Of a stretch of 64,000 nt of DNA, positions 51,030 through 64,000 are shown piece by piece. Both the position numbers and the translations under genes were made by a program. Every line of letters begins with the position of its first letter. Positions within the stretch are counted from its first letter, which is position 1. The notes beneath the pieces were generated by a model, which was not told the origin of the DNA, made no database searches, and saw nothing but the letters and a program-made list of their open reading frames with translations. Source of the stretch: Rotaria socialis (lineage: Eukaryota); contig CAJNYD010000025.1 of NCBI GenBank assembly GCA_905331295.1, positions 1 through 64,000 on the forward strand. The letters run 5' to 3'.

Positions 51030-51575
51030 ATGGATTTAAAAGACACTCATGTTCCATTTATTAGTCCATCTGGCATATTTGATTGGGAACAGGATCGTAT
51101 AGACGCTCAACATCGTATTGAACTTTTCCCATCACTTGTCTCATCTTTACAAGGACCACCTTTATATGGTGCTCCGTCGACTAACAGCTATGAAAACGAT
51201 ATCCCACCGTTAATCTGTCGACCAGATCTTCATCAAGATCATGTATCAATGACCTATACTCTTCTTCGACCGATGCCTTCATCCTATCACTGTCTATTAG
51301 ATCCATCACGACGACTGAATGAAAAAACGCATATCGATGAATTAGGTGATAATGTTACAGTGAGCATTCCAGGTCTTTCGCGTTACGATCGTGATCCGCC
51401 TCTAATATTTGATTTACCGAAGTTAAATGGTCCATTAAATAAAGAACAACCTGAATATACTTGGTATCATAATAATGAAGCAGAAATAGGCAAGATTTTC
51501 CCAGAGAATTATTGGAATCGACATAAACTTGCCGGAAAAGCGCCTTCCGCTTATCTTGTACCTACTGTACTTTAA
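51030..51575 (+). CDS. Uncharacterised proline-rich ~181-aa protein
   Basis: Open frame with coding-like composition from ATG 51030, just after a tttttag acceptor (probable 5' intron). It is divergent from GPAA1. Confidence 0.65.
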   Translation: MDLKDTHVPFISPSGIFDWEQDRIDAQHRIELFPSLVSSLQGPPLYGAPSTNSYENDIPPLICRPDLHQDHVSMTYTLLRPMPSSYHCLLDPSRRLNEKTHIDELGDNVTVSIPGLSRYDRDPPLIFDLPKLNGPLNKEQPEYTWYHNNEAEIGKIFPENYWNRHKLAGKAPSAYLVPTVL

Positions 51576-52937
51576 AAACAGAAAACTATTTAAAATATGA
51601 TCCCAATCCTATACTATCCTTTAGTTTTCTACACTGAATTTTTATTTTTATTTTAATAACATTCACATGTGTTTTAGATGAAGAATGATAGAGAATGTAT
51701 TCGTTGTTGCAGGAGCCCATGTATACAAACATTTCAATTGGTAAATCAATCATTATCGATTAAAAAATGGTAATTTTGATGGATTGTACAAGCTGTAATG
51801 TTGTAAGAGAATTTCGAAATGCAGAGGATCGAGTCATTTTGTTTTTTGGCAACATCCATTGTATTCAAATGAATATGGTATTGATTTATAAAAACAACTA
51901 AAGAAAAACAGAACGGCGTAACACAATAATTTCTTGTCATATACCGATGAATTGTATTATAATAATGAAAAACAATCAACTTATGATCGACAGAAGCCAT
52001 TGATTAAAATATGTTGAGATGAACATGAAAATAGTAGCGTAGAATAAAAGAAATTATTTCTCAAGACGATCACCAAAAGCAAAACTCCAATGACTAATAC
52101 ATCGATTATAAAATTCATGTGGTTACAATAATTGTGCCATTGATGTAATCTTATGATTAAATGCTTGATGAATCTTAGCATGATTTACTGTAATTGTTAT
52201 CTATGTAGATTGTTTTTGAAAATTTCTCTGCTTATTAACATGTGTCATACTTGAATCGTGATAAAAAAAAAATATCATCTACATTATTTTTCTTTACGCC
52301 CTAAAGATTCTTTTTATTTCCTTTATCATCGTCGCATTGATTTGCTAAATAGATAGTTATATTGGCTAATAACATATCTGCCATGTATTCATTGTCATCA
52401 ATTGATTATTTTCTCATAATAAAGATATCTACCTGAAAAACGCATTTTGTGATTACTAAAGAACGAATATTTAATTGTAATTATGGTTTTTTGACAGTAC
52501 AACATTAAATAATTTTTTCAATATTGATCAAACTATTAGCCATGTCAATGTCAATGCTTACTACGATCTGTATAGGAGTGATCAATCAACACCATTATAT
52601 AAAATATATGAAAATCTCTCTGACCAAAGAATGTATGCACATATGTAACTATCTAAACAAATTTAAAAAATTTTTTTTTCATAAACGAGGTTCCATTTTT
52701 CAACCGAGAATCAATCAAGAAGCATAAGAGATATTTTCTGACGTTCACTTTTTGTAAATCATGTCTTACTGAATACAGTCTTCACGCCGATTTAAATCCT
52801 GTACTGTTTAATTGTCATCTTCAGATGATTTCAATTGAACTCAATACACTTCGTCTCGTTTAAAAATACGCTCATGTTGGAACTATTAATCAACATGAAT
52901 GACAACCAATCGAAGCGCTGTTTTTCTTTGTATTCTC

Positions 52938-53059
52938 ATCAGAGACGTGCACAGGGTAGGGCGGTCCTGTTGTCCTGTCCTGCCGCCCGCCAGGACCAAG
53001 GTAGCCAACAGGACAGACAAGGACAGGAGAAAAAATTAAGTCCTGTGCACGTCTCTGAT
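52938..53059. mobile_element. MITE (~120 bp)
   Basis: 18-bp perfect TIR atcagagacgtgcacagg / cctgtgcacgtctctgat, with internal GTCCT/AGGAC subterminal repeats. No clean 8-bp TSD. Confidence 0.85.
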
Positions 53060-54092
53060 CTGGATATGCGTAAAAGTTTTCTCTGTCAATGTACAACAAT
53101 ATTCATACGCTACTTCATGAAGAAATTTCTATTTAGGACGGAAAACGAAAATATGCATAACATTAATATACTAATATCGTTAAAGACCGCTCTTAATTAT
53201 GATTTTGAATAAGTCATACAGTAGAGTATTATGCCAGTTTACTTTTCTTTCTACGAATTCATTCAAGCATTGATTCGCTGTGAAATTTAGCAAAATTGAA
53301 ATTAATTGAATGAAAACGAAAGCATACTTCTCATAATTCGAGGATTGTAGATGTGCATCATTGGATTTGAAGATGAAGATAGGAAACGGAGACACATACA
53401 CACAATGCGCACTGGTATACCATCAGCTCCCAGACCCTACTTAACATTTTTCCTGAATCAGTGAAAACTCACCATTTGCCTTTCAGTTGAATCTTTTCGT
53501 AATTTAGAAATAAATTATGTTGAAATGTTTTCTTCTTTAATCATGCGAACTGAATAGAGTCGTTTCTCGTTCGTCTACCAATTCAGTTGCATGAGTATAT
53601 GCTTATCAGTTTATTCTGAAAGCGTGCGTTGCTTTTTATGTACATGCTTGTTTTGAATTCATACGTATTTGAGGGAAACAGTTGTGTAACAGTGAGAGAT
53701 ATTCGTTTCATTTATCCTCTTCCAATATTCGATTGGCTTACTGATCGTATCCATTCTAAGAGATTTTATAATCCTCCTTACTGAATTTATCGCATTTATT
53801 TTAAATAACAGCAAGAAACATATATTGATGCCAATTTTTATTTTTATCAGTTGCATACAATTTTTGTAAATATTGATTATCAGAAATTTTAAAATTTAAT
53901 TTACGCAATAGGAGAATTTCCTTTTTCTTTTCATATACTCTTCATTATAAGGAAAGCAAAGAAGAATAAATATCTCTTAACGCGTGTTATAGTTCTACTA
54001 TTTCACTGATTCATCTGTTTGTTGGCTGCTTGTAAAGACGTTCTTCTTGCGCTGTCGATATAGTAGTTCAATTTTCATCTATTAGAATCATC

Positions 54093-55789
54093 ATGCTACT
54101 CGGTAATGTTCGAAGAGATATGAATACAGATTACCGAAGAAATTCTAATGCGCTCTATTCGATACCACCATTAATGAATACGTCGTTATCATTACCAAAA
54201 ACCATTCGAACTTCAATTATACAACAGAAAACAATGATGAACTATGATCACAAGTCGTCGTACTGTTATACAACTGTTTGCTATGCCTTTTTTAATGATA
54301 AATTCAAAATGATAGTTTTTAATTTTTTATAGGTTGCATTACTTTCGTTACGATCCTCATTGAACATAACAATATTTCCAGATCATCTGGTCGAACGACG
54401 TTTTCTTGAGTAAATATTCGAAATATTTCTATTAGTTTTGATTGGACTCATTTAGTAAAGAAAACTACATTGATCTTGATCGAATGTTAGTAGAAAAAGC
54501 TGGTAAATTTGATTTGAAATCATTCAATATGAGCGATGGACCAATCTTGCCGAGTAGAATACATAAATATGATTTTTCTGATACGGCAGTTATTGAAGTA
54601 AATTATTTTTATTTGTTGTACATCATACTTTTGTAAGTCTTTTTGTTAAAACTATGTAGAAAGTAAAAGGTCGCCGTCCAAAACATCCATTAACACCACA
54701 ACAAGTAGCTGCTCTCACCACAGTTGCAACACGTTATCAACCATCAACATCATTAGATTCTCATCAAAGTCAATCTTCTCATGTTTGGATTGATGATTAT
54801 AGTCATCGGAAAGCACAAAATAATTCACCTCGACACCATTTACCAGCACAACCTTTAATGCCGTATCAAAGACAAAATCCTAACCAATGTGAATTATATA
54901 CAAATCAAATTAAGTCTCTTCTATCAACTTATCAATCATCTAAAGAACAGAAAAATGATGAAACCATCAATAAAACAGCAAATACTATTCCAATTTTACA
55001 ACGTTTATTTGAAGCTCAACGACTTCAAAAGTAAAATAAAAATGAAAAATATTCCTTTTCTTGTGAAACTTTTTATTCTTATGTTTAGAGTTGAACAAGG
55101 AAAACTGAAGTCATCAGAAATAACAGATGTCGTAAGTGATATATCCTATAAGCATAATAAATAGTATTCTCTTTAGTTGGATCAACAATCTCCATCACAT
55201 TTAACATCAACACCCAAATATTATGAACAAGGTTCATCTGTATTTTGCACACCAACAACGCCAAAACAATCAAACTCGAATGATGCACTCGAATGGATTT
55301 GTTCAACTAATAAAAATCAGAACGTATGCATTTTTTTTATCTATTTTATTTTTGTTTTCATTGATAATATTTCATATTATTATTATTAATAATAGGATGT
55401 ATTTACTCAACGGCTCAATGAACATCTTAACTATTCAACAACACTACAAACGCCTACTACATCGAGTAGTAATAGTACTAGTCGATCGAATAATGATAGT
55501 CAACGTAGTACAGAAGAAGATGATCAACAGAATTTTTTCTCAGCACTACCATCACGTATGTTTTCCGTTCAAAATTTACGTGCATTTTTGTTTTTGTTTT
55601 TTTGTAGCTATTGAACAACAAGAAAGTTTACCATCTATTTTGAGCAATCGTACAGTCGATAAATTATGTTGCGCAATATCAAACGATCATCGTTCATTGG
55701 AATATTGGTTTGGTACTTCTATACACCAGAATACTTATCCACGAGTACCATCCGAGAATGTTTTATCTGCATGTGACTTTGAACAGTGA
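54093..55789 (+). CDS. Uncharacterised multi-exon Ser/Gln-rich protein
   Basis: Series of short exons bounded by GT-AG (for example VALLSLRSS...RRFL-DKENYIDLDRMLVEKAGKFDL...), ending VPSENVLSACDFEQ*. The phase of the first exon was not resolved. Confidence 0.5.
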
Positions 55790-55918
55790 CGTTTTGCTTT
55801 TATTGTTTTATTCGTTTTTCTCTTATACATTCCAAATCGATGCATCCTATTGTTTATTAGATATTCGTCGTTTTGGAATGCTGGTTTTTATAGGAAAAAA
55901 TATATATATCGTTTTATC

Positions 55919-56499
55919 TCAAAGTTCAACAATGCGTTTAACTGAATATAGATGATAAGGATGTACTTTGAACGTTGGATCAAGAGCAACTTCCACACGA
56001 GATGGTGATGATGATGAATGATATCGATCTATTTCTGTTGTAGATGATAGAAGCGCAGCACTTTGATTAGTATTACTAAATATAATTGAATAATATCCAT
56101 TTAAATGATCTTTTAGAATAGGATTTCTGGTACTTGATCTTATTGTTCATGGCGCTGATCGGAAGTTTTACCGAACTTTGGCTTTGTGAATTGATGATAT
56201 CAATTGCATTTTCTTTTTGCGTTTCTTTAGTTTCACGTTGAATTCTTTCAATTTTACCTAATAAGAATGGCTCTTTCTTGAGAATATTTTCGAAGAAAAG
56301 AAAAAAGAAAACACAAACGTCGTTTTCGTATCATCTTTCCGCAAAGAATACCAAATATTATGGCAGCAGTTAAAATACAACTGATTCCTAATAGTAGCAT
56401 AGGTAGTGCTTTTTCTATTCCTATTTATATCATAGACATGAAAACTATCAATACTATTTACAGATAATACTTACCAATGCGTCGAATGGACATTTTCAT
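55919..56499 (-). CDS. Small single-pass membrane protein (~134 aa, 4 exons), absent from the ORF track
   Basis: Exons from 56499-56475 and 56420-56319 onward splice in frame to MKMSIRRIGIEKALPMLLLGISCILTAAIIFGILCGKMIRKRRKIERIQRE...HLYSVKRIVEL*. Confidence 0.7.
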
Positions 56500-56771
56500 A
56501 AGGATCTTCTATTAATTATAGGATTTCTCTAGGCGCCAATACACATTTCTATGAGTAATTTTACAATTGACTCATGTTGGATCTTTCAATGTTGTTAAAC
56601 TTATTTTAAGAATATTTTTATTGCCTTTAAAAAGCTTAGAATAGAACCATTAGACCAGGACAATATTACATTCAAGAGAAAGTGTGTTTAGATCAATGAT
56701 CATGTATTTAAATATTTTATGGAAAAATGAAAAAAAAAAACGAACGTTCTATTTTTACAACACAATTGATA

Positions 56772-58973
56772 CTAAGGACGAAATTCTTCTGGTTTGACTG
56801 TGAATGCTAGACGTGGTGATGTAAAATGACTCGTTTTTGGATCAAGATATAGATAATAAGGTCGATTTTGACTGTCAATACCTAACACACCAATATTACC
56901 ATCGCGTAATCGAAATATTTTATCAAATTGTTTGAATTTTAAATTGGCTGATATTGGTGTCCATTCAGTAAAACTATCTAATTGAGCACAATTGAAATTT
57001 GTCGATAGCTGTAAATTATTATTCGTATCAATTGCTAATAGATAACATATTTGATCAAGACTTGATTCATTCAATGGTTTTGATGTTAAAAATGTTGGTT
57101 GAATTATAAATTGGTATTGTCGATCTCGGCCAATAGATTGCCATGTACTCCATACACCTGATTTCCAAAGAATTCGATAAATTTGTCCATTTTCAAATAT
57201 AGCAAAACAATAACGATGTATTTGTCCCACGTAGCTACAAACAGGTGCTGTTTCATCACGAATTCGATCGGTTGGATTACCTAATTGAGTAGCTCGCCAT
57301 GTATTTGTTGACAATTCAGCATATTCGGTAAGACCATTGACTGCATTTCGAGCAAAACAATAAATTTGTCGACTAATTGATAATTCGTGAATGTAACACA
57401 TTGGATCGCCTGATAACGAAAATGCAATATCATGAGCTGATAAAACTTCATCGTCAGCAATTATTCGACGGTAAAGTGTATTTTGAGAATTGCGAACATA
57501 TACAGCAACACTATTTATATTAGTTAAACCAAATGCTGTACCACGATTACTGCCGCCTATATTTTCTATGCTATGAAATCCTTTTCGTGTAAATTGAGCA
57601 AGTTTAAGAGAATGTTGAGAATCTTGAACACTTAGACCAAAACAATATTTTGTTTCATTACTAAATGCATTGAAATGAAATTATATTCAATAAACTAAAA
57701 TAACAAAGAATATAGTTTTACTTGACAGTACAACTAAGTTGCGGTAATTCTTCTAAAATTCGATTATCGATAAGAAACCAATCAAAAGAAAGTTCTTTTT
57801 CAGTAATTGATCTTACTGTAACCATATGATAGATATTATTAGTACCTAGAACAAGACATGTTGTCGCATAATCTTCGTTAGTACAATCGACAATACGACG
57901 AACAGTTGTTTGGCCTTGATAAAAATATAACATTACAAATTTATCAAGAAATAAAATGCAAAATTCTACCACAATTCGAATTTTTCGCCCAATAGATACT
58001 TGCTGCACATACCTAAGTCAGTAATAAACAGATTTCGATTCAAGAAGTGTAAAATAAAAATGATTTACACATCTTTTTTTCGATACATCAGATGTTTTCT
58101 CACATACAAGGCCAATTTCTCGATGGCATTGATGATCAATACTGCATGAGTCATTGATTTCACCTTTTCGAACTGTGGATAAATATAGATTTATGTACAA
58201 AAAAATGAATCGCATAAATTGATAAAGAGAATATCATTTTGTCTTACTGCATTGATTTTGTCGAACTGACCAGTAATGAGATCCTTCGCACAGGCAACTT
58301 TTATTTTCGTTCCATCCATATTCACATAATAATCCATATTCAATATAACAATCGTATAATTGATTACATGATTCTTTATAGGTACTTTTCAGACCACTAG
58401 TCGGTTTCATTGATGAATTGAATGCAGTCTACAGTGTAATCGATAGAGGAGAATTTTGTTTCTAAACAATTTTCTCTCACTGATATTGATGTTGACATCG
58501 TCATTGTTGATGTAGTCGATGTCGACATTACTATTAATGAGTAAATCAACGAAAGCATTCAAGTAGAATGATTTAATCTTACTACTCGATGTGGAACTTG
58601 AATTTGTGTTCGTTGTTGATAGACATGGGTTCGGTAGACAAATAAGATGTTTTTGATTGATTGTACTATTCAACTGCATAGGTTTAATAAGATACCCTAT
58701 CAAGAGCGCAATGGTTGCAATCAAACAAAGTGCAACAAATATACCACCAATAGCATATCCAAAGCGGTATGAGAGTTTTTTCTATAGTAGATAGGTTTTT
58801 ATAGAAATAGAAATAGATAAAAAAAACGTTAAATTTACGGTAATACTAAAGCTTTTGAATTGAGGCATGTTTGAAATCTCTATGATAGAATTCACCGGCT
58901 GCTGTATACCATGATAACAAAAAAAGGAGGGAAGAAGAACCATATACCACCAGGTGAGATTAATGTGATACAT
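56772..58973 (-). CDS. Type II membrane protein with Thr/Ser stalk, Cys-rich modules and a C-terminal beta-propeller-like domain
   Basis: TM segment GYAIGGIFVALCLIATIALLIGYLI; Cys modules (CLCEGSHYW...QC; DSCSIDHQC...GLVC); C-terminal repeats P.CY...IYCFARN...W resembling lectin-type propellers. The start codon is uncertain. Confidence 0.6.
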
Positions 58974-60371
58974 TTGTTGATAGACATTAATGAATGTCAC
59001 TGAGCCATTAAAATGAGAACTTCATCCATGTGGCCTATTTGATGGTAAACACTATGTTTTGTCATCGGAATCATTTTTTCGGCAGCAGTTATTCGGAGTA
59101 AAAAGGAATTATCAACGAATCAAACAATCAATTATATTGAATGACTATAATAATCATAATAATAAAGATAAATAAAAGAAATTTCAGATATGTGCATATT
59201 CCTATAGGCGATTTTATTATCAAATTTTTTGTTAATTGAATATATTCTTATCTTTTGCAGACAATGTATCAAGGATATGAGTACAAAAAGAACAGAGTTT
59301 TAAAAAGACATTTTCTGTTAGAGAGTTTTCTGACTTGCTTTTGATGTAGTTTCAAAGTCTTTAATTACTTGTCCGAGTAGAAATTCCTAGTCTCGTAGAA
59401 TTGTTTTCAATTATACTAATCTTCGAGCAGCAAACTTTTGAGACTCCATTTTTTCTAACTGTTCATTGTTCATCAGCTCTTTAAGAGGATTTGTATCTCA
59501 CCAACAAGTAACTAATGCACGAGTAAAAACTGATTAGTCACTGTAATGTTAGTCGTATCTTTCACCATTCAAAAGTGGTATAGAGGCCCTTTGAATATTC
59601 AAAGACATCTCGAATACGCAGATTTCATAATGAACTAAACTAAATTTGACTATTAGTTTTAGATGTGAACAACTATAAGAATGACATCTTTCGTTTCATC
59701 AGTAAACACTGACAATAATTGGCAGCATACAAACTGGGACTGACAATTTTTCTTACATTTATTGGGTCATAACTATATCTGTGCAACGTTCATTATTATC
59801 AGACAGATGAACATTCTGAGAATAGATTGCTATAGTCAGTCATGACATTTTTCTCAATTGTTATAAATTAGAAAAACGAGAAAAACTTTATAAGTTTTGT
59901 CTTTTAATGACATCTATGAAATGGATTCCTGTATTGGATATATTAATTTTCTGTACATCTTCTAGTCGATTATATATTTATAAGTAAGTTAGTTCTTGAA
60001 TATATATTTTAAGATAGTTGCAGGTAATAATAGATAGATAGAGGACAGATTAATAAAATTTAAAAAAGAAACCTGGCGAATATCGAGGTAGTATATGATT
60101 GTCTTTTTCCTTCTTTCTTCAACCGGCTGTTATCAATCGAAATTTCGTTCTTGTATTTCTTTGTTCGTTCGATTATAAGATTGATTTTTTTTTTGTATAT
60201 CTTCTTTCGTTATATTCAGATCGCATTGATCGAAACATAAAAATTATGTCTTGATAAGTACAAACACATCATAAATAGACTATTTTGAACACAAAAAAAA
60301 CTGCTAAACTGGCTCCTTTATTACATCGTACATCTTCATTAATATCGACATCAGCTATCAATCCAAAATCG

Positions 60372-63300
60372 ATGTTAAATCAAGAAGAAATTCATCGTTA
60401 TTTTAATCATTTGAGCGGAGCAAAGCGTATCGAATTCTTATATGGTCTTCTACATCTATGTCAACCATTAGAATTAAGATATTTAGGCACATGTTTAGAA
60501 GAAATAGCACGCAAAGATTATGAATATTTATATCATGCTGAACAGAAAACAAATCATTTATCATCTACGCAAACTGTGTCATCATCATCGACTTCATCAG
60601 TATCGAGTAGCAACGAACAAGACAATCAACCAGTAGAACTTTCATCTGATGAAAAATTAGATTTAACAGATCAATTTACACGTGCACACGCCATCGTTGA
60701 TATTGGTAAATGATTTCAGCGGATAATAAAAATGTAAAAATTGATACAAACTTGTTGTATTATTTAGCACTCTTGTGGGCAAAAAATCGGGCATGTGCTA
60801 TACGATTATTTCGTCGTCTAAAAGCTAGCGAAAGCGTTAACTTAGTTGATCTGCTTCTTGAACGCGATGATTTAGATGAACGAACAATGGATGAAATATT
60901 AATCATATTTTGTTTAGCTTCTAATCATCCAGCATTTAGTTTTGATATGCGTACACAAATGTCTCAAATATTTAAAGACTTAGAGAAACGACAAAGAAAA
61001 ATGAAATTACTAGAAACTACACAAAATAATGTTAATGACGATGATACACTCGAGCAATCAACATGTTTAGGTTATCATTCTGTATCATCGATGATGCATA
61101 ATTCCAATACATTTAGTGTACATGCATCACGTATGAAATAAGTTTTTGCTTTACTTACGTGAATATATTTCTTTGCTATTTCTAGCTCTTTTAACTCGAT
61201 TAACTGTTGTGAACTTTGATATAGATTCAGTATCACTAAGAATATTAATTAGAGCTGATTGGTCAGATAATAATTCAACTCTCACATGGAAAACCCCAAA
61301 TGATATTCGTTCGTTTCATTTACAAGTATGTGCATCATACATTATTTATATATATATATATTTTTTAAATTTATTTCTTAATATCTCTAATATATGCTGC
61401 GCAAATTTATTCATATAATACCATCTCAAAAAGTTATAGTAGCTCGTGTCGTTTAAAATTCAGCATAGAGAATGAGACATCGAAATGTACCCCGTTCAAG
61501 ATACAACTAACGTTATATCTGATGAACGAATAATGGTTTGAACAGATAAATCAGTCAAAAATCATGAATAACACATATGAGAGATGAATTTGAGCTGCTA
61601 TCGCTCTTTTGGACTTATATTAACTCGTATAGAGTGACGTGTTCATGGAACTAGTCAAAGAAAAGGAAAGATTCGTCCGTTTCTGTCCCAGAATCGAAAC
61701 ATAGGTTTTTTGATGGTGTGTCTGACTAAATCATACTTTGAATATGATAACAAAACATAAATTCTATATTTTACTTGAAAATTTTTGAAAGCTTTCTAGT
61801 ACGATAAAAACCGATTAGAACATAAAAGAATAGAATATCATGAAATTTATCACTATGATTTGCTTCTTGAAAAGTTAATAAAAGAGAATCCATGATGATA
61901 AACTGTTTTTAGTGATATCAAGATTGATGTCGACTGATCATATGAAATTGTAGCTCATGAAATAGTTTCGAGCAATTTGCTCGTCATGTTACAATGAAAT
62001 CCAAAAACATTTAGTTCTCTTCTTTCATTATTCTTCATGGAACAACGAAGAATACAATCACAAATAAATCAAACGATAATTTTTTCTCACTTAGCTATCG
62101 AATATTGTTTATCATGACGACGTACGATTGGAACGCTTAATGAATATCTCTGGTTGTTTACGTGATATTGGTTCATTAACTGAACCTGATATTGAGTCAA
62201 TGAAAAAAAATATTCAAATCTACATAGAGTGAGTTTTCTTATACTTTAAATCTTATTGTTTCAAATAAAGAAAAATAATTTATCAATAGACATCTCGTCT
62301 ATTTTTCTTCATATATATCAACAATATCAACTTTAGCAAGATTTTTTAATTCATCATTGAAACTTGTTGATTCGAAACAACGATTATTTAATCCAAGCAA
62401 TACTTTGAATGAGTCATTATCATCATCGCCAACGCATTCTAATGCAGTAACACCACTACGTAACTTCTTCTATTAGCTATTTTCTTTCATCAAAAAGTTT
62501 TGTTTTTCGTTTTCTATTTTTCAGAATGTGAAATACCTATTCAACAACAAACTGATGCAGATAGTAAAACATTATCGTCACCGAAATTATCAATAAGTTT
62601 TAACAAATCTAAACAACAATTAGATGTAACTAAGCAAGCTCGTTCAATAATTCCAACAAATAATGGTACACAAACTGGATTAGAAGTACGATGTGAAGAA
62701 ACTCAAACTGATCGAATGCCTGGACCCGGTTTTGTTCTTGCTGAACATCAAGATTATCTTCGACGATATTCAATGGATGAAGTAAATTTTTGATAAATAT
62801 TTATTTTTGTTAATTTCATTGAATTCTAGTTAGCAAAATTAACTCCACGCGATCTTATTGTTGATGGACTTGATTCAACTACAGCTCATTTACTTTGTGG
62901 AGCTCTCGATGATTTAAAGTAAATCAATAAATTAGTTTCCTATGTTTTTCAATTGATTTTTTTCATCAATTTAGACCGATGAGCGTTCATTTAACTAATA
63001 GTAATAGACATGTTCGTTCACCATCTACTTTTATTCAAATTCCTCCATCATCATCATCATCTTTACTACCACCACCACCACCACCACCTTTACTTGATGC
63101 TGCTCTAATGACTGTTGTACAAAACCAACAAGCATCTCGTATATCAACTCATGCTTCTGATCGAAATCAGCTTGAGCAAACTGTAATTAATTTTGGAGGT
63201 GTCCGGCCATGTTCATCATCAAGTCCAAGTCCAAAATTACCGAAAATGGGAACAATAAACAACGGAAATAACAATGGTGTAGCTCCACCACCACCAACAT

Positions 63301-63956
63301 CACTACCTTCTCATCAATCTTCTTCATTACCATCGTCATCATCAAATTGTCCACCGCAAAATCAACATCACGCTCCATTATTAACTACACATTCATTTCT
63401 TTACAATCCAATGGAACCTTGCATATTTCCAATAGCTATTCCACCTGGTTTTCCATCTTCATCATCCGATTTTATCAGATTATTCGCTCCAAACATGTCG
63501 GCAGCAACAGCAGCTACTATGGGTAATACAAATAATTCATCGGGTGCGAGTTTTGTTCAGAATTCAATTGGTTCACAAGGACACGGACCTAATTCTCGTT
63601 CAACAACACAATCAAACGGTGCGACAACACCACCAGAGCAGCATGGACCGAACGTTCATCATTATCATCCATCTTCATCGACATCATCATCGACTATTTC
63701 TCGTCATCAACAATCATATTATCGTCAAAGACAACAGTATCCAATGGATTCACATCAATTTCAACAAAATATATCTCATAGTTATCATCATCAACAACGA
63801 CAATCACAAATATCCTATTCACAGCCACAACAACATAATCGACCTAAAGCATGTTACACTTGCGGTGATATTGGTCATTTAGCTTTTGCCTGTCCTGAAC
63901 AGTATTCATCAGATTCAAATTATTCTCATAATACTAGAGGTAAAAAAGAAAACTAA
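60372..63956 (+). CDS. ZCCHC14/ZCCHC2-like zinc-knuckle protein (may continue past the window)
   Basis: N-terminal RYFNHLSGAKRIEFLYGLLHLCQPLELRYLGTCLEEIARKDY and LASNHPAFSF; a PX-like segment; a degenerate SAM-like segment; C-terminal CYTCGDIGHLAFAC. A GT donor at 63940 suggests a further exon. Confidence 0.85.
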
Positions 63957-64000
63957 TGAATTTTATTTTGCCACTTCATGGATAAATATTTCAGATGGCT

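Noticed and set aside
51680..52200. Coding-like fragments downstream of the orphan gene
   Set aside because: There are multiple stops in all frames and no recognisable family. It may be a decayed gene but cannot be supported.
52835..53212. ORFs spanning the MITE
   Set aside because: They are open only because of the GC-rich MITE sequence, and there are no transposase motifs.

Overview
AT-rich eukaryotic genomic DNA with many 50-70 nt GT-AG introns, TGTGGG-type repeats and foreign-looking genes, most consistent with a bdelloid rotifer (inferred, not proven). Core animal genes: an insulin-like peptide, ATR, an ATF3/Fos-like bZIP, CNOT11, ARIH1, PSMB3, V-ATPase subunit d, GPAA1 and a ZCCHC14/ZCCHC2-like gene. 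Between about 28 and 44 kb, four non-metazoan-type genes sit among these core genes: an intron-containing NAD-dependent formate dehydrogenase with a mitochondrial-like presequence, an intronless IPNS-like 2OG-Fe(II) dioxygenase, an intronless secreted GH43 hydrolase, and a secreted Cys-rich/mucin/bacterial-type Kelch mosaic. The window also holds a broken TPR gene, a Ras/Ral pseudogene, MITE and Helitron/HINE remnants, and a 100-N gap. The most unusual structure is a dispersed family of short elements with inverted telomere-like (TGTGGG) ends and unrelated spacers. One copy sits at the centre of an inverted duplication of TPR coding sequence at the window start. Exon boundaries were read by eye and no database searches were run.
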